Assembly: GCA_904063045.1 (NCBI GenBank)
Contig: CAJFCJ010000005.1
Location: forward strand, 1,131,988 to 1,195,987
DNA length: 64,000 bases
From: Dimorphilus gyrociliatus
Taxonomy: Eukaryota > Animalia > Annelida
Direction of reading: 5' to 3'
In this document: positions 1-11,375 of the stretch, piece by piece
How the letters are laid out: each line of letters opens with the position of its first letter
Position numbering within the stretch: position 1 is the first letter of the stretch
Notes under the pieces: generated by a model
Database searches by the model: none
Told to the model about the DNA's origin: nothing
Seen by the model: only the letters and a program-made list of their open reading frames with translations
Position numbers and translations under genes: made by a program

Positions 1-628
1 TTAAAAAATATAGATTATTGAAAATTAACTATCTTTGCCGCTCAAGGTGATCGTTTGAACAACATTAGTCTTTTTATAAACTTACAATATCATCAATTCA
101 CTACTTTTACTGTCTTTCCCGTATTTAGACAGTACTCAGTCCAAAGATTCACATGAATGTAATATCGCTCATTGCTACCAAATAAATTTTAGAGGATGTT
201 CTCCCGCAAATGTCATAAAATCTTGTTAAATTTTGCTACAAATTCAAAATTTAATAGGAAAATTTCAATTTCCAGTAAACGTTTATTTTTTATAGTTATA
301 TAAATAGTTTACAAATACTAGAGAACACATATAGATATTATATTGTAGATACTATATCCATAATATAAATATTCTACACTATTTAGTTTCTGGACAAAAG
401 TCAAACGGGAGAATTTATCCATCTTTCAGCTCAAAGTCTTTAGCTAACTTTTTAGCGAAAAAGTAAGAAAGGATAATTATAAAATAGATTAAAAAATTGT
501 CCACTGAATTATTAAAGAACAGGTAATTTTTCAACAAACAACACCAATGAAATTACCAAAAAAGCAGTAAGGTTCTATGTCAAGTTCTTTTTGAAGCTTA
601 AATTAAAAGAGATCAACGTATTTTGCAG

Positions 629-2037
629 ATTGTAATCGGCGGAACAAACGTCGATTTCACTGCAGTCTTTGGAACATCTAACGTCAAAGTAATACTTATT
701 AAACAAAGAATTTTTAATTATTTAATCAACTTGATCACTAGGAAGATGGCGCTACATATCCAGGTACTGTTAGATATAACTTTGGTGGAGTTGGAAGAAA
801 CTTAGCTGATTGCTTGACGCGACTGAATGCCAATATACAATTTATATCCGCCATCGGAAATGACTATTTTGGCGAGAGCATTTACAATAAATGTAATCAC
901 ATGGTAAGAATGAAAAATGCCAATATAAGCTCATTAAATTCATAGTTCATTTTCCATGTTATTATCTATCGTGTTTCAAAAAGAACTTTGACAGCATTCT
1001 GAGGTCAGAAACAAATCGAACAGCAACCTATTGTGGTGTATGTAAAAGCGATGGAGAGGTTTTGAATGGTATTGGTGATTTCGATATTCACCAGATAATC
1101 ACTCCAGATTACGTAATTATAAGAGAATTATAGAAGAAATTGCAGAATAATTGTCTAATATACTGTTCTTTATTCCATAGTTGCAAACCTTTGAAACAGA
1201 ATTAAAAGAAGCTAGTTTGGTGTTTGTTGATGGCAATATTCCAAAAGAATCAATATCGTATATATGCAACGTTTGTCAAAAAGCAAATACTCCTGGTTTG
1301 TCATTGAATAACTTATGATCTTTATAGTTCTTTCATAGAATATATCTCATTTCAAAAAGTTTGGTTTGAACCAACCGATTTGAATTTGGCTTATAAAGGA
1401 TTGAATTGCAATTTTACTTATACGTCACCAAATTTGGATGAATTGAGGGCCATGTCTCCAAGTCCGCAACCTTTAGGTAGTTAATTTAATTTTATCTGTT
1501 GATGAATATTTTTTTTTATCTATCTTCTGAATAGGGAAGTTATTTAAAAAAGACAATGTTAATCTGGCCGCATCACTGGGGAATAATTTGTTAAACTCCA
1601 TTCCAAATATATTAATAACTTTAGGAAAACATGGTGTTCTGCTTTGTCAAAGAAATGAGGTAGTTGTAAAAATTTCGAATGTAGCTGAGCAATCTCTCCT
1701 ATAATTAAATAGGTATCATTCAACAAAAGAACATTTAGGTACTTTCCGGTTAAAGAGTGTACAAACGTTGAAAATGTTCTAGGAGCGGGAGATTGGTAAA
1801 TAAATAGATAAGCCTAATCTCAAGTAATTTTTAATTAACGATTTCAGTTTGGCTGCAACGTTTGCCTATCATCATATTTTACAAGATATGGACGTAATAA
1901 GTTCAATGCAATTGGGGTTATTGGCTGCTCAAATATCGTTGACGTCCATAGAGGCTGTTTCAGCAAGTATAGTTAATATCAATTTAGAGAAATCTAAGGC
2001 AATATTACTTGAAATGGAAACCATAGCAATTGAATAA
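629..2037 (+). CDS. PfkB-family carbohydrate kinase, pseudouridine kinase-like (multi-exon; 5' end unresolved, probably further exons upstream of 629)
   Basis: Hand-spliced exons give IVIGGTNVDF, EDGATYPGTVRYNFGGVGRNLADCLTRL (PfkB signature 1 region) and ENVLGAGD (anion-hole motif). Stop at 2035-2037. Confidence 0.8.
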
Positions 2038-2336
2038 ATATTCCAATATTTCTGTATTTCTTTTTTCAAAGTTAACGTTTTTCTATTGATTACATCAATT
2101 TAATTGTTGTTTTTTTATACCTTAATTGATCTTAAGGTTAGAGTGTTTAGTTAATACACATATAATAACAACAGTTAGTGTATTAGAGACTTGCAAAACT
2201 GCAATATATATATATTTTACAGTATATAGACTGAATAGAATTTATAGAAGATATCAGGTACTAAAGTGAACTTTTTGTGTAATATGCACGTATAAAATAT
2301 GAATTTATTGATTTTGTAGGAGAGTTAAATTTCTGC

Positions 2337-3701
2337 TTAGTCTTTTGGCGGTATAATAACAAATATAACAATTGTTGCAACTCCCAAACCAATTGTGAAT
2401 ACCCAAAATAGAGTAATGTCCATCCAATCCGCTATATCTCTTTTTTTCTCCTTCACTAACTCTCCTACAGATTTAAAATTTGACAATAGACCTCTATTTC
2501 CATTCTGGTCCGGAATATTTTCCTTAGATGGTTGATCTTTGAAATATACCTTCACAAGGAAGATAGAAATAATCAATGCTATCCACATAGCAATGACGAT
2601 AACAGTAATATACGATACAAGCATTGGAGCTTGATCCGAGTTCCTTGGTAAAATATTATTAAGAGCTGTTAAAAATAACACAAATGCTAGTAGACTGGTC
2701 ATAGACATCATAATTCGTTCACTACTCTCTGGAGGAATAATAAACGTAAAAACCGATACTAAAGATAAGATGACGCAAGGTAAAAGAATCACTAAAATAT
2801 AGTATAAAGGTTTGCGCTTAAGAGTTAAATGAATGTATACTGAACAGTATTTGTAGTCTCTGTTCGTTTTAGTTTCGATATTTGTCACGTCTGTGTACTC
2901 CAATGTCCATTCTCCATTAGGTTTAAAGAAACCTAAGTCAATCTCTGTCAAGTTGCTTTTAATATCGACTTCATCACAAGTGTAGGTCCAAGAAGAAATC
3001 ACCACTTTACAGGTATGCTTGTCAAATGGAAAATAGAATAGATTAAACGAACAAACTGTTGTTAGTTGACCAGCTGGTGCGGCGGTGACAATACCATCAT
3101 GATTTACAATCACATGAAAATATTCCTGATATTGTTTATTATAGAAATCTTTTGCATTATTTTCCTGTATAAAATCAGGTTGCCAAACATATTTAGATGG
3201 TATCGTTATCTCTGAAATATTGTCAAAATTCTTAGGTCTCCAAGACAAATACTCATCCCTCCATTGCTGAATTTATAAAAGAAAATTTGACTTTTAATAG
3301 CTTTCAAATGAAAAGCAAATAGTAAAAGGCCTTAAGTTTTATTTACTTATAACGTTCGCTTTTATTTGACAACTTACCTCTATTCTCTATTTGCTAAATA
3401 TACAAAACTTACAATAAATACAAGTGTACACAGTATATACTATATAGCATGTATCTCTCTTTTGAATACGTACCATAGACTGCCAAGCAAACAATTCCAA
3501 TTTGTTATTTCTTTCATCCACCCCTTGTATTTCGCTTAATTTAAAGCCGTATTTAACTGTAACAGGCTGCGAATGATTAGCAACTGGACGAGATCTTTTA
3601 TCATAATCAATCATTAACCATCTTATTAATCTCTTTTCCGGATTATATTTGGCGGATAATGCTAATTGAAATGATACTAAAAATAATATGGTTCGTATCA
3701 T
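2337..3701 (-). CDS. Cys-loop ligand-gated ion channel, nicotinic acetylcholine receptor-like non-alpha subunit (exons 3701-3474, 3266-2337)
   Basis: Signal peptide MIRTILFLVSFQLALSA, WQPDF, Cys-loop CSFNLFYFPFDKHTC, SSWTY, and four TM segments with M2 ERIMMSMTSLL. One GT-AG intron joins WQSM to QWRDEYLSW. An alternative in-frame ATG lies at 3722. Confidence 0.9.
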
Positions 3702-3834
3702 GCTTAACTTTACAAGGTACACATCAACAATTTACCAATATATATTAAACAAGTTCTTTGTTAGTTATAGGAAGTGATGTTGTACTCGGCGCGCTTTATG
3801 GACTTCCTACGTTGTTAGAATTAAATTTGTAAAA

Positions 3835-5150
3835 ATGGCGAATAGCAGACCGCTTGAAACTCAAGGACTCTCATCAAATAATAATGTCGAACAACAACAA
3901 ATCGCTCAACTGCAACACCCGGTAAGTTTTACACTCGAAAATATTTTATCTTTATAGTTTGATAATTTTTTCATTGAATTCTATTTAAAATTGCATATAC
4001 TGAGAAAAATTGAGCGATAATATGAAAATGACACTTTTTAGGCAAAGATGCAATTCACAAAAGAGGAATTACTGACTCTAAAAGAATGCAACAGAGAAAG
4101 TTTCTGGAAAAGATGTAACTTTTTTACTCTCTGAAAATTTAATGTTATTAATCATTCGTTTTGACATTCAAAAGGTGTACCATTCAGTATTGGCTTGATG
4201 ACATGTACACAATATCTAATAAATGCAGGTTTGTATTAAAGAAATTATAGATGATCTTCAATTATGAAATGAAGTATGGAAAATTGTTTGTAGGGTATCT
4301 ATCAAAGAGCCCAAGATTTGGGTCAATGATGAAATTGACAGCAGCTGGCTTGATAGGATACATAGGTGGAAAATTTTCGTATCAAGGAAAATGTAGAGAA
4401 AAAATTTTAGCACTAGAAAATAGTCCTTTAGCAGATGCAATGAGAAAACGTGGAACTGGTTTTATGCAACAAATGTAACAAATCTATTTTCTTCTCATCG
4501 CAGTTTTGCTATATGATGCAATAGTGAAATATCTCTTGAAATCTTAATTTTTTTAGGTCTGTACCAAACTCTGCTGCAAACTACCCTGAACCTGGGTCAG
4601 AAAAATTAAAGGATGAATATTCATCTAACGTTAGTGTGGATATGGATTCTAACAAAAAGTACGCTGGTTTAAATGATGCTAATCGTCCTACCATAGAAGG
4701 TGAATAATTCTAAACTGAATTTCAATTATTAAATTACACTATTCTCAAAAATCTACAGGTGATAACATTTTTCAAAAACAACGACTAGAACCACTTCAAA
4801 CTGAAACTGTCACAAGAAGTTATGACGATCTCAGGAAACAAAATAGAGAAGACTATGCAAAAAAAATGGCATCGGGTTGGAAATCTGCAGAGCCTGCAAC
4901 GAGAAAAGAAGAGCCCTCAAGAGAGAGATCAGGCTAGTATTATTTTTTAGTCTCACTTTAATACAAACTTACATTGGTAATAATCTCTTTTTTATTCATT
5001 TATAGACGCAGAACCCAAATATGTCTGGGACTCAGCCCCAAATCGATCAAAGAGTAAGTATTTTTTTTTCCATTTCCCCTTAATTCCTAAAGATTTGTAT
5101 CTAATCTAGGAGTAAAAACAAATCAATATGGAGATGTCATAGAAGACTAA
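3835..5150 (+). CDS. OCIAD1: OCIA domain-containing protein (OCIAD1/Asrij-like), multi-exon
   Basis: Exons encode EELLTLKECNRESFWKR, KLTAAGLIGYIGGKFSYQGKCREKILALENSPLADAMRKR and the C-terminus KTNQYGDVIED*, all typical of OCIAD1. Confidence 0.88.
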
Positions 5151-5543
5151 CTTCTCCTTGGAATTCAAAAAACCTGTTATAAACTTGTTTTGTAGTAATT
5201 GAATACAATTCGTTGTAAATGATTTCCAGCTAAGCCAAGTTTTTATCAATCAGTAGATATGGTGGATAGCTTATTTGTATACTAGTTATTATACAGGATA
5301 TACACTATATCTATATGTGTGTATATAATAATGTATGTGAATGTGACATAAGCTTCATTATTACGTATAGTTAGCTGATCTTATCTGATAAACCTACGAA
5401 TCTACAACCACTCATTTAAATCGGATACTCCCACCGCTGATACCAAATATTTATTGACAGCCTCTTAAAAATATTGTCATACTGATTTATGTTTTGCTTC
5501 CAAGTGATCTTATTAATTTGATAAAGTCATTCGCAATTGGATC

Positions 5544-6818
5544 ATGGCCAAAGCTCCTTCGATCATATCAAAAAATGGACTAATTAAACGAATATCAACC
5601 GATCAGCGCGAAGACGTCTTATCTAGCTGCCCAAATTTATTCAATTCTGTTGAAGTTGAGCAGGAAAATCAGAATTTATCAAATGCAAACAATCAGTCGA
5701 ATAAGATGAATCAGCGGGAACGCTGCATTGGAACATCAATTGATATGTTTTTGGATTATAATGACTATCTGGACGAAGAAGAGAGAGCACTGACAGAATT
5801 TATTTTTGAAAAAGATAAGGCTAGAGTTAAGTTGGAATTTGAGAAACAATTAGATCATTTGAAAACTGCCACACAGACATTTTTCCGGGAGAAACGAGAC
5901 AAAGTTAAGGCGCTAAAAAATTCTCAAAAAAGATTAAGTCGAACAATTGAAGATAATCGAAAAGCTTGCAAACTATTCGTAGAACAAAATTTAATGATTC
6001 TTTTACGAAGTATTTCTTATACCCCGCAAGAATATTCAATGGGAAAACTTGAAATAACTGGAAAATTAGTAAAGCTAGTTATCATTTATCAATCCGAAAT
6101 GGCTAATTGTAAAGTTGTCAGGGGGATGTGTGTCAACAATAACGAAATATACATAATAAAATGGTCAAGTTTCCTCCCGACTACTTCCACAATTTGCATA
6201 TATAATTTAGCAGGCAGTTATGTACGAGATGTGAGCAAAACACAAGCAGAGCTTACGGCGATAGAATCGAAGGACAATGGACTCTTTTATGTTGCCGACA
6301 TGACGAATAATTGTATCATGCAGTCGAGAGATTGCAAAGAATTCGATCAACTGATAGAAGTCGAATATCCTCAAGGTATAGCCATTTGTTCAGATGGAAT
6401 TATAATTGCCTGCGACGATCCAAAAACATCTCATGAACATACTGTTAACATTTTTAAATATACTTTCGATGGAGATTTCATTTTCCATTACAAAGACAGA
6501 TGTCACTCCCTGTACAAAATTTGTTGTTCGGGATATAATTTAATATGTACTCATGATCACGACAACGAAATAATGGTTTTGGATACGGAAAAGAATCAAA
6601 AAACCAGATTGATTCTTGAGGAAGGCTATACTCCAATTGGAGTTTGCTCTTTACCAAACGGAGCTTTTGCGATTGCTAATCATAGTAAAATGAGCTTAAC
6701 AATTTATGATAACACAAGTTTGGAAATATGCGAACTGCAATTGAGTGAAAAACCAGTGCACCTAAGCTTTTATGAAAATGATTCGAACTACTATCTTGTT
6801 TGTTACGCAGTATATTGA
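5544..6818 (+). CDS. Uncharacterised intronless protein: N-terminal coiled coil plus C-terminal NHL-like beta-propeller
   Basis: 424-aa ORF. Helical heptad region at about aa 70-150, then repeats such as YPQGIAICSDGIIIAC and TPIGVCSLPNGAFAIAN that resemble NHL blades. Confidence 0.65.
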   Translation: MAKAPSIISKNGLIKRISTDQREDVLSSCPNLFNSVEVEQENQNLSNANNQSNKMNQRERCIGTSIDMFLDYNDYLDEEERALTEFIFEKDKARVKLEFEKQLDHLKTATQTFFREKRDKVKALKNSQKRLSRTIEDNRKACKLFVEQNLMILLRSISYTPQEYSMGKLEITGKLVKLVIIYQSEMANCKVVRGMCVNNNEIYIIKWSSFLPTTSTICIYNLAGSYVRDVSKTQAELTAIESKDNGLFYVADMTNNCIMQSRDCKEFDQLIEVEYPQGIAICSDGIIIACDDPKTSHEHTVNIFKYTFDGDFIFHYKDRCHSLYKICCSGYNLICTHDHDNEIMVLDTEKNQKTRLILEEGYTPIGVCSLPNGAFAIANHSKMSLTIYDNTSLEICELQLSEKPVHLSFYENDSNYYLVCYAVY

Positions 6819-7213
6819 AGTATGAGAATATTCATGTTTGAGTATTGGCTTCGTTACAATGCATGAATATGATAATTAAATAGAATATCTATATAAATAG
6901 ATATGTAAAGCCTTATTTTAAAAAAACTGTAGGAAAAACTCATTTTGTAATTATCCAATTTACCCGCTTCGAGTGACCATGACCCTTTTAGCATAATGAA
7001 ACCGATCTTAACCGGTGAAGAATTTTCGATTCCGTTTCCTGTACTCTAGAATCCAAATAAACTTAAAATTTCTAGAAACCTTCTGGTGCAATTTTTATAA
7101 ACAAGTACTGCTAATGTTTTAACTAAAATAAGGATATAACTCATAGGTAAGGATTGTGAGGATTCTGTGACAGAACGATTTAAGTATTTTTTCAACCACT
7201 ATTCAGAAAAATC

Positions 7214-8197
7214 ATGAATGAAGATCATGACTATGCTCAAGACTCTTCATCAAATCAGGATTTGATAAAGAAAATGATGGAAGAACGCTTAAAACCAAGA
7301 ATATGTCTAAAACGGCTTCATGTTACCAAACCCTATAAATTTAAAACGGAGCCTGCAGTCGGTTCACTCTTTAACAAGCCAGATTTTAGTGACCTCGTTG
7401 TTCTGTCTGCTAATCAATCGTTTTATGTCCATAAACTGATATTGGCTGCCAACAGTGAAGTATTTCGACACCTTCTATGTGGTCAATGGGCTGAAAGGAG
7501 TCAAAAAGAACTAAGATTGCAAGAGCATGAGGTATGCCAACCTCATGTTGGCAACTTCCTAGAGTTTTTCTATACAGGAAGTGTGTGGCTGAGCTCGAAA
7601 ACTACTTTGGCTCTATTTGTTTTATCCGACAAGTACGACGTTTCATCCCTTCGGGAAGGTTGCGTCAGATTTTTATTGGACGCCCTAAGAGTAATGACTA
7701 GTGATGGTCAACAGCTACCTATTGAAACTTTAGATGTTGATACTCTCTATCATCTGTTAACAACCTGGTCGGCGTGCTGCCCTGAAATTACCTCAGCTGC
7801 TAAGTACAATTTAGCTTGTCGCTTGTCGCATGCCCATAGATCATCAAATGATCCATTTATCTCTTCTCTACCAATGGAAGTCCTAATACAATTAGTTCAT
7901 TACGATAATTTACCTTCCATTGACGAATTCAAACTGTGGCAGACTATTGTTAAACTGATTCAATCAAGACAACTTGATAATGACGTTGAAAGTGAACTAC
8001 TGTCTGGAATACGATACGGTCTACTAAGTTCCGATCAATTGTACGACGTGGAACAGCATCCTTTGACCCGAACGCATTCAGTCATCGGTCAAATGGTCTA
8101 CTGTGCTGTCGTAAAATTGGCTTTTGGTTCTAAACATCCAGATGATCCTAGATTTACTGGAAGTTTATTTATGCCTCGTTCACCGTTGCATATGTAA
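7214..8197 (+). CDS. BTB/POZ and BACK domain protein (intronless)
   Basis: PDFSDLVVL..FYVHKLILAANSEVFRHLL, FLEFFYTG and SDKYDVSSLREGC (BTB), followed by a BACK-like LPSIDEFKLWQTIV..IRYGLL segment. Confidence 0.88.
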   Translation: MNEDHDYAQDSSSNQDLIKKMMEERLKPRICLKRLHVTKPYKFKTEPAVGSLFNKPDFSDLVVLSANQSFYVHKLILAANSEVFRHLLCGQWAERSQKELRLQEHEVCQPHVGNFLEFFYTGSVWLSSKTTLALFVLSDKYDVSSLREGCVRFLLDALRVMTSDGQQLPIETLDVDTLYHLLTTWSACCPEITSAAKYNLACRLSHAHRSSNDPFISSLPMEVLIQLVHYDNLPSIDEFKLWQTIVKLIQSRQLDNDVESELLSGIRYGLLSSDQLYDVEQHPLTRTHSVIGQMVYCAVVKLAFGSKHPDDPRFTGSLFMPRSPLHM

Positions 8198-8339
8198 TCA
8201 TATTTGGAATAAAATTTCCGTATCTACTAAGTGACAGGTAAAAAAGTTAATAGCAACTCCAGCCGTCATAGCGTCCAGAAAACGCATCAGGGCATTAATC
8301 GAAGTTACTAGCAACTACTTGACAAGTGCATTTAAATAT

Positions 8340-11262
8340 TTAAACGAACAATTTCTTCATATCCAGCAAAGCTTTGTTAATTTCTTTCATCAAATTTTCA
8401 CTGCTAGTTGTTGAGCAGTCTTTCCAGCTAGTGATGTTAATATGTACTGTTAGAAAAAGAAAGACTATTTAACAATCGATTTTCAAAATGAAGGTCTCTA
8501 CGTACGTAAATCATCAGTGACTACATTATAGCAAACTCCGTATCCTTCGTGGCAAGATGGTCCAAAACTGCCGCCTGAATAAGGAATATCAAATTTTGGT
8601 GGGTCGTACTCAGCAATACGGGTAGGAGTCTGAGATGTGGACAGAATAAATGGCGAACTGAATGCCTGTGAATAAAAATAATTTTTTTGTGAACTAAAGT
8701 TTTAATATATTACAATAATAAGATACCTTATCCTGAAAAATAAGCGGTATATCCATACCCAGCTCTCTTGACGCACAATATAATGCAAACAAATGTCTAT
8801 CGCATCCATCTCCCTTAGTAGCATCCAAACGGAATTGTCCTTGATACTTGATGGCTTCCTTTAAAAAGTGAATTCTTTCCTTATCATTTGAATTTTTGTC
8901 ATCCATGGCTAAAACAAAGTTCCTGGAATATTGGGATGCAGGATGAATTGTTTCTGTTCTCCCAAGTAAGAATAATCTAGAAGTAGCTGGCTCGTATGTC
9001 TTTGGAGTGTGCTTATGCAACCTATTATAAGCCAGTTGGAGCATCATTTGGATATAGCCATCGGGACTTAATTTAAATTTCTTAATCTGCCCTTTGCTAT
9101 AAGGGGCCAAGAAAGATCGAAGGTCAAAATTTTCAATTATTGTTTTCATTTCCAATTGAGCTGACTCAACACGATTAACCATATGATCATCTAACTCCCA
9201 AACTAGTTCAACAGGCGGTTGTAAACTCGTTTGGCCATCGCTTTCCAGTTTTACAACATCGCCATTTTCATAATATTCATTACATAAAAGAAACTCTCCC
9301 AAAGTTGTATAAACCCACGCATCAATAAAAGAATGCTCTACATTGCTACCTCCTAAACCGTTATCATAGATGACCAAATTAAAGCCTTTATCGAACCACC
9401 TGTTTATAGACAATGAGAATATTTGTTACGGATTAATCACAATTTATAACGAATTAAAAAACCTGTTGAAGCCGTCACCGATAAGAATACTTCTGGATAA
9501 GTCATCAGGTGTTTTAGGTTGATAAGTATCCAAATTTAGAACAAACAAACTACTCTCAATATCATCCAAAGTTTCTTTGTTCAAAACGCTTAATGCTTTT
9601 CTATCCTAAAATAAAAAATATCATCGTGTTAACGCTAATATAGATAACTATTAACTTAAGGAAAACTAACTTTTGCCCACACAGAGCGGTTTTGTGCAGT
9701 TAGAGATGCTACAGCTCGGTTGGCAGTACCCAAACCTATTAAGATATCATATCTAAAAATAAACAAAAAAAACACATTATGCTAAAAAACTTACTCTCAG
9801 CCTTTTCAATTATTTTTTGAAGTTGTTGCTTCATTTCGTATGCGGTCAACCTTCGTTTTATATTGTTACATGTAATATAACAATCCAATTTGAAGTAGTG
9901 ACCCAATCTTATAACAACAATGTGACTAGAGGACGAATCTTTAACAACGCTATCGATATCTTCTCCAGGTACGCGGCATGTTCCGTAAAGGTATCTGTAA
10001 TAATGATACGTTAGATATTCTTTTAATTACTCTCTTTAATTACCTATAACCGGCCATACAAAGAGGTACCATATCCATGAGCATTACTGGCTTAATTCTA
10101 TTCTCCATCATATAATCATTATAACTGTAACAAAATGTGTAACGTCAGATACATACTTGTTCAATAAACGGAAAATTACCGTAACATCTGAGTCACAACA
10201 CAAGCTGCTCTTGCCACATAATCGGGAGTCCTTTCGGGTGTAAGTTTAAAAGAAATAGAATAATTGCTATTCGCTGAAATATTTACAAACACATTTAAAT
10301 TTACAATTTGATAAAAAAAAGAGTAAAGCAAACAAAAGAAAAATCTATTTAAGAGAGCAACCTGCTAAGCTATTTCGATTAGAGAGGTAAGCAGCCTGAA
10401 TCCAATAGTTGGATACCCAATTGTCTAGTGTCTTAAATCTAAAAAATGAAAGGAAAATTTAGCTTTCTACAGAAAAAGAATAGAAACTAGAATAGAGCAT
10501 TCTAGTGCGAAAATTAAAGTATGGGAAGTATAACAACCTCTTATACAAATATTTTTGTAATTTAGGCCCTTCATTTTTACGAAAGGATTCAATAGCGTCT
10601 CTCGTTGATTTGTATTCTTCCTCAGTGACAAAATACTGGCTTACATCGGCCCATCTGTTATATAAATATTTGTTACTGTTAATCTGTAATGAACAGGACA
10701 AGTGTACTATATATTTCGTTAACCTATTTATTTGGGGTTAAAGATTACACGATAGATAACGATTGTAAAACATACTTATCAAGAGTAACATCCAATGGAG
10801 GCAATGGTTGTTTGGGAAGTAATTTCTGATAGCTAAAAGTTTCTGAACGGTAAAAATATTGTAACAACTTGAGGCAAAACGCCCATATCTGTAACACACA
10901 AAAAAAAATCAATAAAGCATTTCATCTCCCCAAAGACTAACCTTTGTCTTCGCAGATTTCGGATGAGTTAACCACCCTTGATAGCTCAGACATGCAGCTA
11001 AAAGATTTTTAATGCTGATTTCTGCCAATTTAAAACCAGTAACTCCTATTATAAAACCAATAACACACGATATCGTAGGCCTAATAAAAATCGAACGAAT
11101 CCATTCATCATCCCCAATCGAACCAAGAGCAGTTTTTATGGGAAAGATGGATGGTTGTATCAAGCCACATGCCACTGCACCCGTTAGACCAGCGGTCGAC
11201 GGCTTGATTATTCGAGAAGCAGTACTTGATTTTAGAATAAAATATTTATTCCAAGACGACAT
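8340..11262 (-). CDS. CPT1: Carnitine O-palmitoyltransferase 1-like acyltransferase (multi-exon)
   Basis: LPKQPLPPLDVTL, catalytic NVEHSFIDA, TYEPATSRLFLLGRTETI, GCDRHLFALY, FILSTSQTP and GGSFGP..GYGVCY. N-terminal SWNKYF plus a hydrophobic segment. Start at 11262 is inferred. Confidence 0.88.
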
Positions 11263-11375
11263 ATTGCCGGTTAGAAATCGAATGCTATTCTGCTGCACTG
11301 TTCGGTACACCGCAGTGTCCGTATCTAAGTTGCTATTAGTAACAATGTAAATACAGAGCGTTAGTTTACAAGATA

